The notes under the pieces: model-generated
Database searches by the model: none
What the model was told of the DNA's origin: nothing
Seen by the model: only the letters and a program-made list of their open reading frames with translations
In this document: in pieces, positions 57,149 through 64,000 of the stretch
How the letters are laid out: each line of letters starts with the position of its first letter
Position numbering within the stretch: the stretch's first letter is position 1
Position numbers and translations under genes: made by a program
Assembly (NCBI GenBank): GCA_951406725.2
Contig: OX597819.1
Coordinates: 79,546,001 to 79,610,000 of the forward strand
Source: Octopus vulgaris
Taxonomy: Eukaryota
Direction: 5' to 3'
DNA: 64,000 bases

Positions 57149-57195
57149 AGCTGCTGCTACTACTACTACTACTACTGCTGCTGCTACTACTACTA

Positions 57196-57232
<37 letters not shown>

Positions 57233-57234
57233 AG

Positions 57235-57279
<45 letters not shown>

Positions 57280-57305
57280 TTACTACTACTACTACTACTA
57301 CCACC
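57100..57305. repeat. (ACT)n/(GCT)n compound microsatellite
   Basis: Direct reading. Confidence 0.9.
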
Positions 57306-57760
57306 AATGATAATAACACCACCACTACAGCTAAATAAGACTGCCTTATTTTACACCATTTCCATAGTAATATATACCCTACAACCAGCCGCTCAAGTCC
57401 ATCCCCCAAAACGAAGGTGTACTTCATATGTTATTAAAGACATATAGTGATAAATGACTTTGTATAATTGCAGCTGGATGCGTCTTCGGGCAGCACGTTC
57501 TATGTCTCTTTACACAGAAATACAACCCCATACAGGCACACACTCACACACACACAGATATAGATATGGACAGAGTAACACATTAAGAAAACCGTTCACA
57601 CGCAAATACATATAAAAGGCAAACGAAATATATGCACATACATGCACGTACATACGAGTGCGTGTTGTGAACATTCATGTTGCACATAACACACTGACAT
57701 GCGCTGTGACATAGAAACAGTTTATGACGTACTCATATATTTATATATTAATGCTATAAC

Positions 57761-57812
<52 letters not shown>

Positions 57813-58185
57813 ATATATATATATATATGTATATATGTATATATACGTATATTTTTCCCGGGGCTAAAAAGATATGTATATATATACGTTTGTATATATA
57901 CGTATATATAAAGATATATATACGGTGTGTGTGTGTGTGTATGTGTGTATATATAAATGTATATATATATGTATATGTATATACATATTAAAGCAAGTGT
58001 GTGTTCCTACATACATTACTAAAGAGATAGTCCCATCCTCTCTCTGTGTATCTTCTTCTTTTCTCTCACCCTCTTTCTTTCTCTGTCTCGACATACATGC
58101 GTATCGTATATGCAAATATACATACACACCCATTCACACACATATATATAATATATTATAATATAATATAATATAATATAATATG

Positions 58186-58230
<45 letters not shown>

Positions 58231-58667
58231 TTTTATGTGAGTCTATGCGTGTGCATTTCATTAAAGACACGAATGTGCTCGAGTTAGATCTTTTTATTTT
58301 AGACTTTTCATATTTTATCATTCTTTAATTCCCTGCTATTTCGGAACAAAAACGTTCCAAAAACCAGGTTGGATGTCTCTAAATCTCGCCCTCTTATTTT
58401 AAAGAATTTGAAATAAACTCGGCGCCGCCTATGTTTCTTATACACAGTTTTAATTCACATAGCCTTTTCCACCGAGGTTTGGGTTGGTTTTTTTTTAACC
58501 GAGTGGCTTACACGCCAGCAGTCACGTGATAAAGTTTTTGCTGCAGTTAAATTCTTGACCGTTAGGTTTCCATGACAGTGGCCATCTGTTAAACTTTTGA
58601 CGTGCATGTTGTTAGAGTGTTTATTTTGGCTTTGTGTTGCAATACGAATATGGCTTCCATGATAAAA

Positions 58668-58850
58668 TGCAGGTATGGATGTGTAGTAAGAAGCTTGCTT
58701 CCCAGCCACATGATATTGGGTTCAATCCCATTACGTGTCTTCTACTATAGTCTCAGGCCGACCAAAGCCTTGTGAGAGCATTTGCTAGACGGAAACTGAA
58801 ATAAGCCTGTCGTAAATGTGTGGTTATGTCTGTTTGTTTGTTTGTGTGTG
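58668..58850 (+). mobile_element. SINE family A, degenerate 5' part
   Basis: gtaagaagcttgcttcccagccacatg..gggttcaatccca..gaccaaagccttgtgag. Confidence 0.75.
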
Positions 58851-59906
58851 TTTGCTCTACTCAGACCTCCATAGCTATTTGCTTAAAAATAAACTAGTTT
58901 GTGTATTGTAGAAGTATAACCACATTACTGCACATAAATTTTAGCAACACAATCTTATACGGACAACCAAGGGCTATACGGACCCCGATTGAGATCCATT
59001 GCTATAGTGTGCTTGCTTTTTTTTACTTCAGTCTGTATGTTTATGTCTAAAAACGGAGTTTCATTTGCGTTATCATTAATATTAGTAAGGAGTTGTTTTC
59101 TAAGTCTTCTTGTAGTTTCTGAACATCATCTGATATATCCATTACCAGTGGTATACCATTAATGTATCTACGTGTATACTGTATATACACGTATTATACT
59201 GTTCTCTGTAGTGAAATAGCAGAAGGCCCGAAAAGACTGCAGTGCGACAAACCACTCTGCAAGCATTCCTTCTGTGTCTAAACATTATTGAATTGTCCAG
59301 TTACCTGGAAGAGCTGCTGTCAGGACTATGGCATGTCCGGCAATCAGACAAATTCCACATGAAAATTGTCCGTTTCTCTCCTTTATTGGTTGAGACAAGT
59401 AGATTCGAGCTGACTGGTGGAAATTGTGAAAGTGGCTGTATTGTGGACGAGAGAGAAAGGATTAAAGACAGACATTTTGCTTATTGTTTAAGCCCTCATC
59501 GGTGAATATGAGAATGGAGCGGGAAGTACTCTCGGCAAGTACTCACCTCCTGTGAATTTGCCAAAAGCTGAGTGACTTTAGGGAAAATATCAACAGTGGG
59601 AATAGCTACTGTAGGTATGCCGCACACTCTTAATTTTGGTCTCAGGTTTGCAAATCAAAGAAAAATGCTCGGAGAGAGCATTTGATCCTGAATGTTTTGA
59701 GCAGAATCATCTTGGATCTATGATGTTTCTTGATTGACTTTAGCTGGAGATCTTCTTATATTAGTAGCACTGTGCTCTCCATGTGTTCGTGCATTTGTAT
59801 CTCATTTATTTAACACAATCTCAATTCATTCTGGGTAACATTTTTCACACTGTAGATTTTTATCTGTGTAAAGGACAAATGCAATTCATCATCATAATCA
59901 TAAAAA

Positions 59907-60030
59907 TTCTTCTTCTTCTTCTTCTTCTTCTTCTTCTTCTTCTTCTTCTTCTTCTTCTTCTTCTTCTTCTTCTTCTTCTTCTTCTTCTTCTTCTTCTTCT
60001 TCTTCTTCTTCTTCTTCATCATCATCATCG

Positions 60031-60108
<78 letters not shown>
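59907..60108. repeat. (TTC)n-(ATC)n-(ATT)n-(AGT)n compound microsatellite
   Basis: Direct reading. Confidence 0.95.
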
Positions 60109-60109
<1 letters not shown>

Positions 60110-60189
60110 GCTGATGAACTCGCAGAATCGTTAGCGCGCTAGACACAATGCAATTCTACATATTATTTTGGTCTTTTACAGCTATACCC

Positions 60190-61060
60190 TGTTTGTTAGT
60201 TTTGATGGTTATCTGCATGTATTGGAATGTTCCAAAGAATCGTTGTATTTTCTGCCTCAGTTATAGCTTTGATCTTGAGCAGCTAAGATGAAGCCTTCGT
60301 TCTCTCTCTTTAGCCCTGAACTTCGTAACCACTGATGGGTGTGCCACTGGCCAAAATCAGCTTGTTTGTTATGGGTTGCACATTTGCCATGTAGAGGTCA
60401 CTGCTCCCACCGACAATCACATTCTTCAAGCGCTTTTGTTTTTGCTATTAATTCTAATTTCTTTGCAACAACAGTTACTACACCTCCATCAGGATGTTCA
60501 GCCTAGGTATCATTCATGGAAGTAATAACAAAATTTTGCTCTCCTTCTAGAGAGAATGAAGCTTCTTACGCCTCACGTAAGGTGTTATAAGATATTTGAC
60601 TAGTCCAATTGTATAATTTTGTAAAAACGTTTAAAATGGACCAAGCCTCGCGCTTGTTGGACTCTGGAAAAGTAAAAACGACCCTCGTCTGTCTTTCGGT
60701 GTCTTATTACAAATCAACGAGACTGTAAAATTTTAAGAAACTTTCTCCAATATTCCATTTCAATCACATTAATGCTGTGAGGAAGAACTGGAACTGCTAA
60801 GGAACTTATGGCTAATAGTTTATGTGCATTTAGCTCAGATTTTAGGACTGCTCAAACTTTTCTATAACATTCTCTCCTGATCTTCTCTTTCATGCTTGCG
60901 TGCTGAATACTAGAGCCTTCATATATTCTTAGGTATTTAAAAATTTATTTCTGCTCAAGTTCTTTTATAACTGTTTCAACATCTAACACGACTGAGTTTG
61001 AAGTTATCAATTTCCCTTTCTTGAAAGCTGCCTTGACACACTTACTAAGAACAAACTCCA
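60190..61060 (-). mobile_element. R4/Dong-like non-LTR retrotransposon relic
   Basis: FKYLRIYEGSSIQHASMKEKIRRECYRKV*AVL.SELNAH..AISSLAVPVL..RGL fits the post-RT region YKYLGI..MK....EY..R...L.S.LN..AIN..AVPV..GGRGL. Confidence 0.65.
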
Positions 61061-61201
61061 TTTCGATGTCATCACTGAATGGTTTCACAGTATGTAATAA
61101 GCCTTTAGCTCACCATTGTCTTCGCCATAGAATTTTAAGTCATCCATATAAATTAGACGGCTTATCTTCTTGTGGTCAATTTCATAAACATATCCTGTCC
61201 T

Positions 61202-61261
<60 letters not shown>

Positions 61262-61990
61262 CGTTTTAGTATACCATTATAAGTTAGAATTAAGGCTGAG
61301 AGAATTGGAAAAAAAAAACTAGAAATGTTTTTTTTAGACATTTATCTTATATTTTCAATATTTAGCTCAATTATCCCTTATCTAGAGAAAGTGGTGATTG
61401 AACTGAGCTCAGATTTTCTCAGATATGCGTAGATAATGGAGGAAAGAGTGTGATCTGCGAAAATTAATGATGTTAAATTAGCCTGTTAGTGTTTCACAAC
61501 TACAGTCTGTCGTTGATGGTAGGATCTAATTTTCTCATGAGAATAGCCTTTTCAATTCTTAAATTTCCACGATTCCTTTGACGATGATCGTGATATTTTT
61601 GTTACGATATTTCTACAGATATATTCAAACAGAAGAAACGCAAAATGGATAGGTGCATATACTGCTGCTGTACGGCAGCCGATTCCCAGAACGATTCCCA
61701 GAAAGAATCGTACTGTGTTGGATCTACATCCGGTTATTTTTTAAGAATCGCCTAGAGGTGGATTATAGCAGTTATTATAACACCAAAGTTCTTCAATTCT
61801 AGAAAGCAAATGCTGCAGAGTTTGACGATAAGGACTTGAAAGCATCGATCGCAAGACAAATCAAGTTCGTCAAATGCATTTATATATCTTAACTGTTAGT
61901 TTTCTTTCTTTTAGACAGCTGGTCGGTTAAATATGAAGTAACTCTTGTGAAACCTATAAGTATGATGAAACCAGCCTGTTTATTCACATA

Positions 61991-62374
61991 CTAGCAGTAT
62001 CGCCCGGCGTTGCTCAGGTTTGTAAGGGAAATAACTATAAAGCATTTTTAGAGAGTTATAGCCAAAAATTAGCAAAAAAATGGAAAAAAAATTATGGTAA
62101 ATTTTTTTTTGAGTTAAAAAAGGTCGAGTTGCATCCCCTAGACAGTCTGTGGTTTGTGTTTCTGATTCTCGACCCCATGTCGAATTTATCGATTTTTTTC
62201 AGAACTGGGGGAACTTTTCAAAATTTTCGCTGCGTTAGTTTTGAATTATGACATTGGGCTATGTGTGTGTCAAGTTTCATCAGAATCGGTTGAAAGCCGT
62301 GGTCAGGGTGAGGGTACAACCAAACAGACACACAGAAACACACACAGACAAACTGCCGTTTATATATAGAGAGA
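61991..62374 (-). mobile_element. Complete short non-autonomous Helitron
   Basis: Same termini as 34677-35490 (ctagcag..gcccggcgttgc / aactgccgttttatatatagagaga), A|T insertion site. Confidence 0.85.
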
Positions 62375-62419
62375 TAACAGTTTCAAATTTTAGCACAAGA
62401 CCAGAAATTTTGGGGGAGA

Positions 62420-62575
62420 GGGGACTAGTTGATTAGATAGTCCCCAGTACTTGACTGTTGCTTATTTTACTCTGCAAGGAAGAAACGTACAGTCGACCTC
62501 GGCGGAATTTGAGCTTTGAACGTAAAAACGAACGAAGTGCCGCTAAGCTTTTTGCCCGATTCTGCCAGCTCGCTG
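62420..62575 (-). mobile_element. SINE family B, degenerate
   Basis: gtcgacctcggcggaatttgag..tctgccagctcgc. Confidence 0.7.
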
Positions 62576-63001
62576 CTTTTGTCTATTCATATAGAATGAA
62601 AGATAACAAACATTAAACAGTTGTATTTTTACATATTTAGCTTAAAGAAGGCAATGTTCACGGACTCCTACGAGTAGTGGAAGGAAATCTCAAACAGGAG
62701 GCCTGATACGAATGCTTGCAAGTGAATGAATTCGTATTCGTTTTTTGTTCACTAATTGAACACGTATTCGGGTTTTGTTTGCACGCACGCTCAAACGTGC
62801 TCACAGCGGATTCCCAGAGACATGGTATCAGCCAAATTGGTTCTGACGGCATTGGTCAATCTGGCGATATTTGGCAAATGTGTTGGGAAAGCTCGTGGTT
62901 CCTATGGGAACTTCTTACAGTCATACATGTCCTTGTCGCATGCACAAATATAAACATACATATACATGCATACAATGCATATACATGATACTTACATACA
63001 T

Positions 63002-63109
<108 letters not shown>

Positions 63110-63124
63110 ATGTGTGTGTGTGTG

Positions 63125-63164
<40 letters not shown>

Positions 63165-63382
63165 AGTATTTATGTATGTATCTATAATTGTAATATTTCT
63201 GTGGACAATTGGATGTTTGAGGCATGTGTGTGATAAAGAGATTAGTGTCTGCTTTGTAGCCTGGACCTGTGGATGAGATCAATAGGGTAAACTGTAGGTT
63301 TAACAGCCGAATAAAATTATATACATACATAATACAAAATACATACAAACACACACACAGATACATATATATATATAAGCAT

Positions 63383-63420
<38 letters not shown>

Positions 63421-63426
63421 AAACAC

Positions 63427-63499
<73 letters not shown>

Positions 63500-64000
63500 C
63501 ATATGTACCCATACGTATGTGTATTATGCATGTATATAGTTGTGAGTGTGTCTGCCTATCTATGCATGTACGTACGAATATATATATGTATATATGCGTA
63601 TACATATATATTTATATATATATGAATACATGTATGCAAGTATGCATGTACGTATGCATGTATGTATATACGTACGCAGTTATGTATATGACATGAAGAA
63701 GTTATTATAAACAGCAGCAGCAACAACAACAATAACATCAAAACTAATATTATTTGCTCCCAGCAACAAACTTCGTTCAAATGTCATGGATATTTTGTAT
63801 TGTGTTGATTTACATTTTTCCTGCAACAAAACAACCAAAATTCCCCTTGTCTACCTCCACCTTCCGCCCCTGTTCATTTGGAATCATCATCATCATCATC
63901 ATCATCATCGTCGTCATCATAATCATCCAGCGCACCAGCTGTATTAATGAGCAGAGGCGTCGTATACAGTGTACAGCACCGCCATAACATCAATATGGCG

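Noticed and set aside
59630-59720. hAT dimerisation-like motif (GSNALSEHFSLICKPETK) on the - strand
   Set aside because: Too short and degenerate to support without a profile search
61640-61830. Possible GIY-YIG remnant (AYTAAV..CVGST..YKHQSS)
   Set aside because: Motifs are weak and in different frames
62822-62953. Short [25 protein letters not shown].. resembling a signal peptide
   Set aside because: 43 codons, no splice or homology support, runs into low-complexity sequence

Overview
Eukaryotic, AT-rich, microsatellite-dense genomic DNA; the SINE families and repeat landscape look like an octopus (coleoid cephalopod) genome (inference). Nearly all ORF-track entries are artefacts of (AT)n/(AC)n/(ATGT)n/(ATCT)n/trinucleotide repeats. 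Real content is mostly mobile DNA: three SINE families, RTE, CR1 and R4/Dong-like LINE fragments, Penelope-like (GIY-YIG) relics, Tc1 DD34E and maT/mariner relics, hAT and pogo-type MITEs, and non-autonomous Helitrons. Host-gene signals are a disrupted class A GPCR (43743-43381, -) and a candidate first coding micro-exon (40582-40559, -). Most interesting: (1) two head-to-tail ORF1-type elements (the complete one encodes RRM-like + CCHC and has no RT/endonuclease) sitting at the same site of a tRNA-derived SINE head, with covarying 5' and 3' RNA hairpins (775-3819); (2) a duplicated type I hammerhead-ribozyme module, one copy with a U3-A8 core variant (53478-54022), plus several other hammerhead relics with palindromic stem III; (3) a 410-bp foldback; (4) a GPCR fragment bracketed by an exact 29-bp direct repeat. 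All calls come from manual reading; no alignments, folding or database searches were run.
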